Positions 46,754 to 58,697 of a stretch of DNA of 64,000 nt are shown here, piece after piece. The notes under the pieces were generated by a model that saw nothing but the letters and a program-made list of their open reading frames with translations, was not told the DNA's origin and ran no database searches. Each line of letters starts with the position of its first letter. Position 1 is the first letter of the stretch. The position numbers were made by a program, and so were the translations under genes. Source of the DNA: the human T2T-CHM13v2.0 reference genome, Homo sapiens; assembly GCF_009914755.1 (NCBI RefSeq), contig NC_060934.1. One strand, given 5' to 3'.

Positions 46754-48193
46754 CTGTTAGGAAAGAGCCGAGAAAAACCTTTCACTAGGTGGCAAAATTA
46801 CTGAAAACAATTCTACATCAGTCCACAGCCAAGTTCCACACTAATCAATTAGTCATAACAAACAAAAATAAAAACAAAAAAAAAAACACAAGCATTCCCT
46901 GAATCAATGACTTCTCAAAAATAGAACTTTTTTCATAGAATATCTATCAATTAATTATTCAGGAAAATATCCTACACAACTGGTCATTCCATTTAAACAC
47001 TCTCAAGCTGAGAGAGTAGATTGTGCTCTCATTAGAACGATACACAATACAGGTGGCTGGGCCCAGAGAAAGCTGTAATGAGAAAACGGGTGTGGTGGAA
47101 CTCAACCCTTGGTGAGAAATTCATCGCAGAGTTTAACACGGCCACATGTGGCACAGTCCTCATTACTGGTGATGTCTTTGGGATGCTCTTCCAAGACATC
47201 TGGATCTACCAAGAGAACTGAGCCAGGTCTCTCTGTGTACACTCCATATGCTTCAAAGTTACAGCCAAAAAGGAAATGTCCTTCAGGAGTGTCTCGAGCA
47301 TTCCCCTAAGGAAATGTTTCACACTAGGCAGTTAGCGCTGCCACTTGGGACTAACTGTTTTAAATCCTCTCTCTACTTCGGAAATAGCCAAAGACTTCCC
47401 TCTCAGCCTCCTCTCATTCATGCTTCCAGGAGCCTCTGAGTTGCCTGATATTCTTGGCAACTGGCAGATGAACCTGGGCACAGAGAATGACAACAAATTG
47501 CACCTCCACATGCACAGACAAATTGCAGGCAGCAATCGGCAAGCATTAGTATGAACTGGCCCATCTGTGTAATGGAGGTGAGATGCTGGCACACAAGGGT
47601 CAGTAAGGGAGAAATAGGCTCAGCTCAGGGGCCTGTCACCAGGCAGCTGGTACTTAGAATTTTGCACATACCAGCAGGATTTGGTGCTGGTTCAATGCAG
47701 CATGGGTAGGAAGACTTCAGAATTGCTGCCTATAGGACAACCAGTGTTTGCTTCAGGAAGTTACTTTACGAATGCTGGAGAGGGACAGGCAAGGTCATTT
47801 GGGGGACTGTCCAGGAGAGGGCCAAACCAAGGAGAAACACTCAGTGACAATCACCTTTCATTACACTACAGCCAGGTGTAATCACCGAAACTCCAGCTAC
47901 CGGTAGAACCCCAACAAGGTTGTGATGAGCCTTCCCAAATATTTTCAGAAATCATGCAGTGACAGAAATCCCACTGGACCAGAAAACCTTACAATGAACT
48001 CCTTCATGATTCATTTCCCACTTCTCAGAATGCATTTCAGCTGGTGGGATGAGTAGCCGATTCCAATCACAAATGAATGCAGGGATTGGGCCAAGACTAA
48101 GGGGCACGAGAGACACGGGAGAGGAGAAATCTAATTGCCTTCCTTATCTGGTATTCCTTTCATTCTGGACTAGCTTACAATTGAAAAAGAAAA

Positions 48194-48218
48194 ACAACAA
48201 CAACAACAACAACAACAA
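48194..48218. repeat. (AAC)8 microsatellite
   Basis: Trinucleotide run. Confidence 0.9.
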
Positions 48219-49646
48219 AAGACTGGCTTACTTTGAAGCCTGTAGAAAAGATTCCCAGAGAAGCAAATGTTTCAAGGAGAAATCAGGACATTGGGACATC
48301 TCATCTCATCTCATTTTTTTTTTTCTCTTTGGTTTTCTACCAGAGAATAAATTTGCCTCCTGCTAAAGAATGGCTGTTTCTTAAGGCAAAAGCTAAACCA
48401 CTAATGTAAGATGCTAACTTCCTTTGCAAATCTTCCTTGAATACAGTAAACGAAGAAGCAGCAGTGGCTTCAGAAAGAGGGATGCAATGAATGACTTAAA
48501 ATCTCATGGTAGTTTTCCCTGTGAATGCATTTCAGGATGTTAGTCCCAAAGGGTAGTACAGAGATAAAATATTTTTGTCATTGTAATAATATTGCACTGA
48601 CTAAAACAGAAGTCACACTGGGGAGGCCCCTGAAGATTTCGATGATTTGAGCTCCCTGAAGATTTGAGCTCCAATGTAACTGAAGCTCTGTTGCCCTCTG
48701 GCTGAGCCCAAAGAGATACTTCATTCGCTCTTGGCTTGGCGTCCTCACCAACAAGGGGATACAGCTGTGGGTTACTGGTCTGACGGCTGGCTGCCACTCT
48801 TGTCAGACCTTCTTAGTACTATTTATTCAGAGAATATCTCCAGATGTCTACCATAAGAGAAGGCTTAACTTTTCTAAGATATGTGATGTGTATGTACACA
48901 GTATCTCAGTTCAGTCACTGATATTTTAATGATTCAATATGTAACCTGAGGTTGCTATACAGCTAGAAATAAATTGTTGAAAAATGACTTTAGTTCTTAT
49001 GCGTGTCAAGTATTAATTTTTTAACACATATGTACATATTTAGCGATTGTGTTTTCTAAATTAAAAACAAATAAACGAATACATGAAAACCAAAAAGAAG
49101 AGGGAAGAAAACAATGGAAAATGAGATGGAAAATATCAAGGGAGTTACCACCTACTTGTCCTCAATACTTTGTAAGCCTTACCTGAACAATTAACATTGA
49201 CAACAAGCCAAGGGCTTCACAGTGCCCACAAGCTAGCTTTCTGCTGAGCAAATGTCTCAAGAAGGACTTTATGGCACTCTGAGTTTAGTTTAACCTCTAA
49301 ATGTCTCAGTACTTCTCCAGTTTAAATTAGCTTAATCCTGCTAAAGCAAAAAGTCTCCTTTATCACTACGTTCACCGAGTTACAGATTTGCAATGCCATT
49401 GAATCCATCCTTGCTCTGAGTTCAGCAACATCTTCCATGAATCTCATAAGCTATGGTCAGCTAACTACGAATCGAAAACTTGCAGGGACAGAAAATTTTC
49501 TGCCTTAAAAGGCTATTATTCCACTACAGGAAATCCTAGATTCTAGAAAGCTTTCATCTTGAGCATAGATGTTTGTTTGCTCCCTAAAAAGTCCACTTAG
49601 TGTTTCCAGTGTTGCTGTTTGAAGCAGCACAGAAAGAATCTGCCCA

Positions 49647-49998
<352 letters not shown>

Positions 49999-50186
49999 TA
50001 AAGAAACTCTTGATTATCCCACATACACATACACATAGCTAGTAAACTATGAGGTAATTTTATAAGAATATGAAGCTGGCCACTTAGCCCTATGTATGTT
50101 ACTATTATTTCAATTCTAAGCTTTCATTCAGGCCCATGTGGATTTGATACACCAAATGGCTCCAGGAGATAATTGCACAAGCTCAC

Positions 50187-50317
50187 CAATCAAAATCAGC
50201 CTCAGTGCAGACACAGGGTTCAGATTCCATAGCTCCTGCATATTTTCCTTGCATACACTTCCGCTCTGATTTTCGCTTCTTATATATCCTTTTTGCTCCC
50301 ATGATACATGCTTCCCC
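50187..50317 (-). CDS. SORCS1: SORCS1 coding exon F (131 nt, phase 0-2): GEACIMGAKRIYKKRKSERKCMQGKYAGAMESEPCVCTEADFD(C); 10CC
   Basis: ORF 50183..50377; CxCTxxDFxC 10CC motif; ttacag|GGG acceptor, TTG|gtgagc donor. Confidence 0.97.
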
Positions 50318-51817
50318 CTGTAAGCAGAGAAGGATCACAGATACTTGGGCACATAGCTTGGACTTTCTCTGCTCCACATGAGTGACATTTAGGGAGACAT
50401 TTGCACATCTTAGTGTAATGTAAACTTTGGTAGCCCTCTTTGTGCTAACAACATTTTCCTTTTGCGGTCTAGAGCCCTATTATACAACCTGACTATAAAG
50501 GCAATCCTAACAATCATTGAAGATTATTAAACAACATCCTTAATTTTGTGTGCACTTATCAAGCCTTTATTTGGCAAAGTGTTGGGTGCAGTGCTATGAA
50601 GGACACACAGACTCAGCCTGTACCTAGTGTATTGCCAGTAAATCTGCAGTAATTAAGTTCAATTCCCCTATAATAAAAGATGTATACAGTTGGTCATTTA
50701 TGAGGGCATGAAAGAGGAGCATTGCTAAGAAATATAAAGATCCATTTTGCCTCGATTTATTATGCCTCTGCCCACACAACTTTACAGCACAGATTTTAAT
50801 GTTCCTCTACCAGACAAGCGAGAGAGCTAAATTCAGTGTTTTCCCACAAAATAAATAAAAGCTTTGAATATCACAATGCTTGTGCATCCCAAAGGAGAAA
50901 ATATCAGCAATGTAAATGAACGATTCTATTGTTAAGCCTCTGAATAGGGTGGGTGTTTCCAGCTAACGCAGGGCCCACTATCAGACACACTCCTCCTTTT
51001 GTGTTTCTGAAAGATCAGAGTAGAATTTTGCTTTATCTACTGTACACCGTCTTTCTTGAGCAAACTCACTTTAACTGGCTTCATTATACATCTACATTTA
51101 CATATATTACTTAGTCTAGGTTTGAGGTATATGACGTTTTTCTGCCTGAATATGGTGATGGCTTTGCAGCAGGTACTTCTACCAAATCCTTTGAGAGATC
51201 TGCGGAACGACTTGTACCTTGGGAAATCAAGGGAGAGACACTTCCATCCAAGCATTTTGATATAAGCTGGATATGTGAGAGGCCAGGACAAATGAAAGTT
51301 TCCTATTAATAATTCTGCATTCTCATACCAGAAGTACCTTGCAAGGAGGCAAAAAGTACCATATAGTTCCAAGGAATCAAGGCAAAGGGGAAGAAGGATT
51401 TCTCCGGCAACACTCACCCAGCATAATTTTGTTATTTTATGTCTCTGCTTGCATTGCTAGATAAAATTGAAGATATCTTCCTCATCCCTGCCCCCACCAT
51501 GCAACCATATGACATTCTCAGATGAAATATGTTTGGATCTGAGTGCTGAACTGGTATTTCATTTTGAGTTGTAAGCCTAAGCCAAGCACATTTGAATTTT
51601 ATCTCATTATATCCTAGCACAATAAAAACAGAAATGACTTCACAACAAGCTATTAATGGTGAGTTTGTTCACTGCTGTGGAACACAAATGTGTAAGAAAA
51701 CAGTAGATGGACATTTTGGCCTAGAGCATCCTAGTTCCTATACCTTAGCAACTAGCTTTCCCCCAACACCACTCATGCTTCCTGCCCAGGCCTTAGTCTC
51801 AGTTCTTTTCCTCCTAC

Positions 51818-51935
51818 CTGGCTGTGCAGCTGCCAAGGTCTGTAGTCCTCTTCGGCACACCGTCTATCAAAAATGGACTTGTAATCTACTTTGACCAGCT
51901 GCCATTCAGAGCGGTGGCTGAAGTGTCCAAACACT
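51818..51935 (-). CDS. SORCS1: SORCS1 coding exon E (118 nt, phase 2-0): (T)VFGHFSHRSEWQLVKVDYKSIFDRRCAEEDYRPWQLHSQ; end of propeller and start of 10CC
   Basis: Within ORF 51773..52048; tgtag|A acceptor, CAG|gtagga donor. Confidence 0.97.
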
Positions 51936-52077
51936 CTACAGAGTTCATGGTGATAAAAATAATTACAATGATAACAATGTAATGAGTAATAACAACAGAG
52001 AGCATTTGTGGGGCGTTCACCCTGAGCTAAGCACATTACATGAATCATATCATTTAATCCTCAAAACGCATTCATGA

Positions 52078-52380
<303 letters not shown>

Positions 52381-52985
52381 GAGGAGGGTACTATTACTGG
52401 ATCCACTTCGCAGATAGATAATATGAGATTCAATGAGTTTTGTTAACATTGCAAAAACAAAATCAAGTCATAATAACAGGCAGAACCAGACCCAGAGTAT
52501 TTAATTCAAGAGCCCACTTGTACATATTGTGCCACAGGATTGGTTGAGAAAATATGGTTGAGAAAAACAATCATAAATGCTGTATTCTATGTGGTCCAAG
52601 ATTAGACTTCTAGGTTATCTTGCTAATGTACATAGTTCCCATGGTTTCCATGCTATTTTACTTTCCCACCAGCCCCTAGTGAAAGTGATCAGCAGAACCA
52701 AGTACTAATAATGGTTTCCTACACTGTACATTCTACTCTCTTTACTCAGAGAGACTTAAGTATTTACTGAGATGTTTGAATTACCAACCATAGGTTTGAA
52801 GAAAAGCCATGAAGTGGCCTGTTGGGTCAGTTTTTTAAAATCTGTTTTGAAAATATAAAAATTGAAGAAAGACAAATTATGGAATGCATTGCTAATTTAG
52901 CTACGTCTCTCATTGAGAAAAGTGTAGCTATTAGGCATATTAGATTTTTATTGTTGTTTTCTACCATTAAAAAGCAGAAGTGGTA

Positions 52986-53279
52986 GGCCAGGCGTGGTGG
53001 CTCACACCTGTAATCCCAGTACTTTGGGAGGCCGAGGCAGGTGGATCACAAGGTCAGGAGATCGAGACCATCCTGGCTAACGTGGTGAAACTCTGTCTCT
53101 ACTAAAAAAAAAAAAAAAAATTATAAAAAAATTACCCGGGCGTGGTGGCAGGCACCTGTAGTCCTAGCTACTCAGGAGGCTAAGGCAGGAGAATGGCATG
53201 AACCCAGGAGGCAGAGCCTGCAATGAGCGGAGATCATGCCACTGCACTCCAGCCTGGGCGACAGAGTAAGACTCCGTCT

Positions 53280-53320
<41 letters not shown>
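52986..53320 (+). mobile_element. AluY/Sc with pure A40 tail and expanded middle A-run
   Basis: Alu dimer; A40 at 53281-53320; TSD aaaaag(c/t)ag(a/t)agtggta. Confidence 0.94.
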
Positions 53321-53323
<3 letters not shown>

Positions 53324-54011
53324 GTAGTGGTAGGGGAGAGAATTAGCTTACCAAGTATTGACTTTGGCTTGAAAGTTTTCATTGATGACCAGATCAACTA
53401 CTTTATAACCTTCCCTTTCTACTTTCCATGTCCAGTTTTCCAAAGGAAGGAACTCTCACAGTTTCATACTTGAAATTCAAAGTCCATGTATTGAAACCCA
53501 TAGGCAGCGTCATTAATCTTTCACAAATTAATGATCATCACATTCCAGACAAAAATGAGTGTAAATGCAATTTCACAATAACAGACTGTTCTCATGATTT
53601 TCCTAATATGCCTCACAATTGGGTTAGGTAAAGAGCCAGGGAAAAATACAATGCTTTGTGGCATTTTGATGAAACTATGCTCTGACTTAAAGCGAACTCA
53701 TTCCTATATACCTGAGATTTTCTACATATCCAGGTTCTTTATTACTGAAGTTTTAAATGTACAGCTTTATTTCCTATTGAAATCATCACTTCTAATTTCT
53801 CTAAGCGCCTCAGTCTGGGTCTCCTAAAAACTATCAGAGAACCAAGAAAATAGCTGCCCACATTTTTCTTCCCTATTTGCTGTACACTCTTGCAGTAAGA
53901 TGCAACAACCTTGAACCTAACAGCTGCAAATCAAACAGGCTTAGCTATAAAACATTTTTGTGGATTACTCTTTTCTATGAAGGCTGGACCACATCATACT
54001 TTTCAACTTAC

Positions 54012-54119
54012 GTCATGATGAGAGTCTCTTCTCCAGGCTCACCCAGAACCCCATCCACAAAAAGTGGAATAGATGTGAAACTGTATTTGCTCCAAGATCT
54101 CCCTTCATCAAAACTCAAC
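54012..54119 (-). CDS. SORCS1: SORCS1 coding exon D (108 nt, phase 2-2): (W)LSFDEGRSWSKYSFTSIPLFVDGVLGEPGEETLIM(T)
   Basis: Manual translation; Asp-box SFDEGRSW; ttag|G acceptor, GAC|gtaagt donor. Confidence 0.97.
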
Positions 54120-54655
54120 CTAATGATATAAAAAATATCAGTCATCAGATCTCCAAAGGAAAAAAAAATGTCATTTCAAAGGAAAGATACTCTCAACCCA
54201 GAGATAATACATTTTAAAAGTAGCTGAGATTTTGTCAAAATGAGCCTTTCATATGAATAAGTATTCTTAATTATATCAGAAAGTAGAAATACAGTTAGCC
54301 AAGCCACCGGGACACAGATGTATTAAAACATCAATAAAAGCAGAGCTACATTAAATGAGAATAACTATAAGTCTTTTATAAAATTGTTGAAAGTTTGGAT
54401 ATTTTATTATATCTTAGGCCTCAAGCTCTTGACCCTGTCCAAAACCTCTCTACTGTCTAACAAGTCTTACAGGTGATCCTGAAGAGCGATGACCTTGTAA
54501 GACTTACTTAGATTTCAACCAACCCATCTCTAAGTGACCAAGTCCTCAGTGTGTCCTTCTTACAACCATAAATCCTGGTTGACCTTACCGAATGAATGAG
54601 TACAAGATAGGCTCTTGAAAGCAAGAGAAGATAATTCTTCAGTCCTGATGGTCAC

Positions 54656-55022
54656 TGGAATGCTCTAAATGCTTGTGTCCTCTCTAAAATTCAAATGTTG
54701 AATATCTAATCGCCAATGTGATGATTTTAGAAGGTGGAGACCTTGGGAGGTGATTAGATCCTAAGGGTGGACCACCCATGAAAGGAATTAGTGATCTTTT
54801 AAAAGAGGCCTCAGAGAAGTGCCTTGCCCTTCCACCACGTGAGGATACAGCAAAATGGTGCTATCTATAAACCCAAAAGTGGAACCCTCATCAGACACTG
54901 AATCTGCCAGCATTTTGATACTGGACATCTCAACCTCCAGAACTACAAGAAATTAATTTCCGTTGTTTATAAGCCACCCAGTTTATGGTATTTTGTTATA
55001 GCAGGCCAAATGAACTAAGATG
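54656..55022 (+). mobile_element. MLT1A-like MaLR solo LTR
   Basis: aatgcttgtgtcc..tgggaggtgattag..cagtttatggtattttgttatagcag..actaaga; TSD gtcac/gccac. Confidence 0.88.
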
Positions 55023-55662
55023 GCCACCGAGGACCTTTTCTTTGCTCTGCATTTCTTTATGAATGCCCTTGCCCAAGCTTAGCCTTTCTTTTTTCTCTCT
55101 TTTGCAGCTTTCCCTTCAGTCATCAAACTGACTAACAGTAGAAGGAAAACCAGGCTTTTGATTTTGGACAAACTCATATACGGAGAGAACCACTTTCAAA
55201 AACACAGTTAAAAGAGCCTATTGATAACTCCTCTGGGAGTTAGTCTTTATACATCCATCTGTGGGACACGCACAGGCAGAATTGTGGAATATCACCTCAA
55301 AAAAGAAAAATAAGAAAGCAAGATCAGGAGAAATGAGACTGGAGCAGAACTGTCATGCACTGATCATCTCTGTGTGGAATGCAAAAATGGATATGGATAT
55401 TAAACTCCAGGAGATGTTATTTGGGAAAGGTGACTGCAAGAAGTCAAGCTATTCAGAGACTATACCTGATCATGAACATTGTTCTACCTGTAATCGTGCT
55501 GAGAGAATAATATACTGGTGAGGGTGTGAGGGTGAAAGTATTATCACATTTGCAAAGTATAATGCAATTTCTCTCTCATGGAGTAAAACTCTCCCTCTCT
55601 CTCTCTCTGTCTGTGTCTCTCTCTCTTTCCTACCTCCACTGTTCTAGTAGACCTTGACATTC

Positions 55663-56171
55663 TGAAACTGGCCCAACTGTCCCATAGAACTGATGTTTAT
55701 GGTTTCTTTGAATAAACACAGAAATTGATCCTCCTTGTCTTAAAACTTGAGAAAGTTACATTTGTCTTATCTGAGTTCTTCTCTCAGGAAACCAACCATC
55801 AGGCCTCCCAGGTAGTATCAAGGAGCTGAAACTTACCAGATAAAGACATCTGGACAATGAGAAGCCAGACTACTTACCCATCATGATTGCCTAATTGACA
55901 ACTTGCTTCCTGTTGACCACTTCCTCTTCCTCACCTCCTCTTCTTTACCCTTCCCTAATTCCTGTTTCCTTACACCTGGTTACATTTCTTCCCTCTATAT
56001 AAACCCCTACTTTTAGTCATCAGAGAGATGGACTTGGGACTGATTGCCCATATCCTTGGCTGCAGCACCCACTTAAAGCTTTCTTCACTGGCAATATTTG
56101 TTGTCTCAGTGGATTGGCTTTTTGTGTGGAGAGTAACAGGACCTGAACCAAACCTCGGCATTTTGGTAACA
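55663..56171 (+). mobile_element. ERV1 MER4-group solo LTR, LTR54-like
   Basis: tgaaactggcccaactgtcccatagaactgatg...ggtaaca, 509 bp; TATATAAA 55996; TSD unclear; family from recalled consensus. Confidence 0.8.
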
Positions 56172-56275
56172 GATTTACTACAGAAACAGACACGGTTTGA
56201 TAGCCTGACTCCTAGACTGATCTTAGCAGTTCAGGACCATCAGGTGCAGATTTCACAGGCAGCATGTGCCCTTAC

Positions 56276-56367
56276 CAAAGATGTCGAATTGGGAGAGATG
56301 TGTGTTTCATAGCAACCAGGACTCCACCTTGATCCAGGTACAAAACACTGTGCTCTTCTTCAAAGAT
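56276..56367 (-). CDS. SORCS1: SORCS1 coding exon C (92 nt, phase 0-2): IFEEEHSVLYLDQGGVLVAMKHTSLPIRHL(W)
   Basis: End of ORF 56272..56592; ccag|ATC acceptor, TTG|gtaagg donor; frame continuity. Confidence 0.97.
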
Positions 56368-58218
56368 CTGGATGAGGAAAACACATACATGGACACACAT
56401 CCACATCCACACATACCCAGGCTTCAGAGAATCAGTCTTCACATGAGAACAAAAATCCTTCCCATGATAAAAATAGGTTTCCCTAAATCTTTGCGAAAAT
56501 AAAGCTATAGAACAGTTCTTCCCAACATGGGCTATTATACCATTGGTGTTGTACAAAATAATTTTAGGTGTGTATAAAATAAATTTGAACAATGAATATT
56601 TATGGGTTCATGCTTAGATTCCTTCATTTTCATGATAATTTCTATTGATTCCCAGTTATGATGATGTCAGAATATTGGTTAACTGTCATATATTATACAT
56701 CTCTAGACAGAGGGAACCTTAGAAATCATTTACTCCAATAGTCTCATTTTCATAAATAAGAAATCTAAGGTTTAGAGAGATGTGGTAACTTGCCTGAGAT
56801 CATGCATACAGTAATGGATAGAGCTTGGACTTGCTGCATTACACTGCCCTTTCCAGATCTTATTATTTTGAAGTTTCCAACTGTTATCAAAGAAAACTGT
56901 TCTTGTTTAATTAATAGATGTTCCACCAAAATCATGGTGAGTTCTGTTGTCATCTTTGGGTACATGTGTCATTTGGTCTTTCTCCAAATGTAGAGAAAGA
57001 AATTTGAAGTCAAATGGAGACACAATGGAAACAATCTCTAGATCCTTTCTGTATAAGATGCATGCTGTTTTCTCGTCAGATTATTAGTGTAGCCTTGCCT
57101 GGAGTTACATTACAGACAATCTTCTTCCAATTTGTTTATTTCTTATACCCAAGATGCAACCCAAGACTATAGAAGTAAAGACTTCTTTGCCTTGCTTGCG
57201 GTGTTGGAAAGAAGAAAATGGGATCCTGGCTCTCTATTCTCCAGAGGAAGTTTACTTAGAATAGTCCAGGTTTCTACATACCTCCAAGATCAATTGCTAT
57301 GGAGTTTCTTATGCAAATTTCTTCCCTTCCTCCTCCGCTCAAAATATCAGAATCCCACTGAGGATCTATAGAGGGTCTGAAGCTAAGAAATGGCATTTGG
57401 AATATAATGTGGACACCTCTGACTAAAATTTAAAGGAGAGTGCTCTCATCACTAAGTGTGATTACCTGTGCATTAGATTTCAATTTACAGTGCTAGTTAT
57501 TGTATGATAATTAAACGTCAGTAGGTTATTAAAACATATTGATTGAAGTATAACAACCATGCATTAGGTGCATATCTTGTTAAGATTGCTAAACCTCATT
57601 AAATGCCTGTTTTGTAAGCTATGGGTATCTAATTTTCATTCAGAAGAAAGGCAGGAAGCACTTAAGCTAAACACACTGGTTTAAAGTATTCCATTTCTAC
57701 TTTCTCTAACATATGCATCCTGATGGTTATTACTCTGTCTTTTGCACATGAGATTTAAACATCTCAGAACACCACCTGGGTAATGGCCATTTCTATATCT
57801 GCATTCCTTCCTATTCTGACTTCAAGGCAAGGGGAATTTATGGAGCCAACTCAGCATTAGATATGTAATCTACCCTTAAGGCTGCATATTCCCTATATGA
57901 TAAACCCTTAGGAATTCTGGTTTTCATCTGTGGGAAAAATTTAGTCAGACTTAATTTGGTTTCATTGTGACTTATAAACACCCTTACATACAAGCTCTGA
58001 GTAAGGAACATCTTTATTAAATGATAAAAAATCAAATTCCATAAATATTTGCTACACTCCAACATTTAAGACTTTTATATAAAAAGGAAAAATAAACATA
58101 TTCACAGTCATTAGGATTTATGTGTAGCACCGCTGAAAAAAGTTCCCAGATTTGAACCAAGCTGGGCAATTTTTATGTTACTTAAACTTCAGCGATTTGA
58201 CCCAGGGTATTTTCTTAC

Positions 58219-58295
58219 CTGTCTCCAGGTGTTCCCTGCATCTGAAGAGACAAACATGCTGATGTCAGTGTCTGACAATTCAGAACCTATATTAC
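58219..58295 (-). CDS. SORCS1: SORCS1 coding exon B (77 nt, phase 1-0): (G)NIGSELSDTDISMFVSSDAGNTWRQ
   Basis: ORF 58189..58398; Asp-box SSDAGNTW; ctttctag|GT acceptor, CAG|gtaaga donor. Confidence 0.97.
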
Positions 58296-58485
58296 CTAGA
58301 AAGAGAACGGTGCCATTAGTGAAAAGAACTTTCTGCAAAAGCAACAATGGACTATATTGGCAGGTGCACTGCCTGAGAAAGATTTTGACTGCAAGCATTC
58401 TGTCTGTGCAGGGGTTTTCTGCAGACTTGCTTCAGGTCCAATGGTTTAGGTGCCTTTCAAAATTATTTTTAGCTTGCTCATTAAG

Positions 58486-58555
58486 TTCCAAGTACAGATA
58501 TCTAGCTTCTTAAAATAAACTTCCAAGTACAGATATCTAGCTTCTTAAAATAAAC
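58486..58555. repeat. Perfect 35-bp tandem duplication
   Basis: ttccaagtacagatatctagcttcttaaaataaac x2. Confidence 0.97.
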
Positions 58556-58594
58556 ACTATTTACCACAGCCAGCAAACCAGGTAAGCTTCTTAC

Positions 58595-58697
58595 CTGATG
58601 CCACTATGATGCTTGGAGCTGTGTCTTTGCTGGCAATGATCCCTGATGTGTAGGGATTCTCAGAGACCTTCAGGTGAAGGTGTAGTGAGCAATAGGG
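58595..58697 (-). CDS. SORCS1: SORCS1 coding exon A (103 nt, phase 0-1), VPS10P domain: PYCSLHLHLKVSENPYTSGIIASKDTAPSIIVAS(G)
   Basis: Manual reverse-strand translation; acceptor ttttcag|CCC, donor CAG|gtaag; CSLHLH motif of VPS10P receptors; frame joins exon B. Confidence 0.97.

Noticed and set aside
56368-56592. Reading frame open 225 nt upstream of exon C (and 113 nt upstream of exon E)
   Set aside because: Non-VPS10P composition; canonical acceptors already give a continuous frame; compatible with chance
58175-58513. 112-aa plus-strand ORF antisense to exon B (similar shadows at 53877-54131, 31344-31553, 51592-51894)
   Set aside because: Antisense shadow frames with no recognisable domain or promoter evidence
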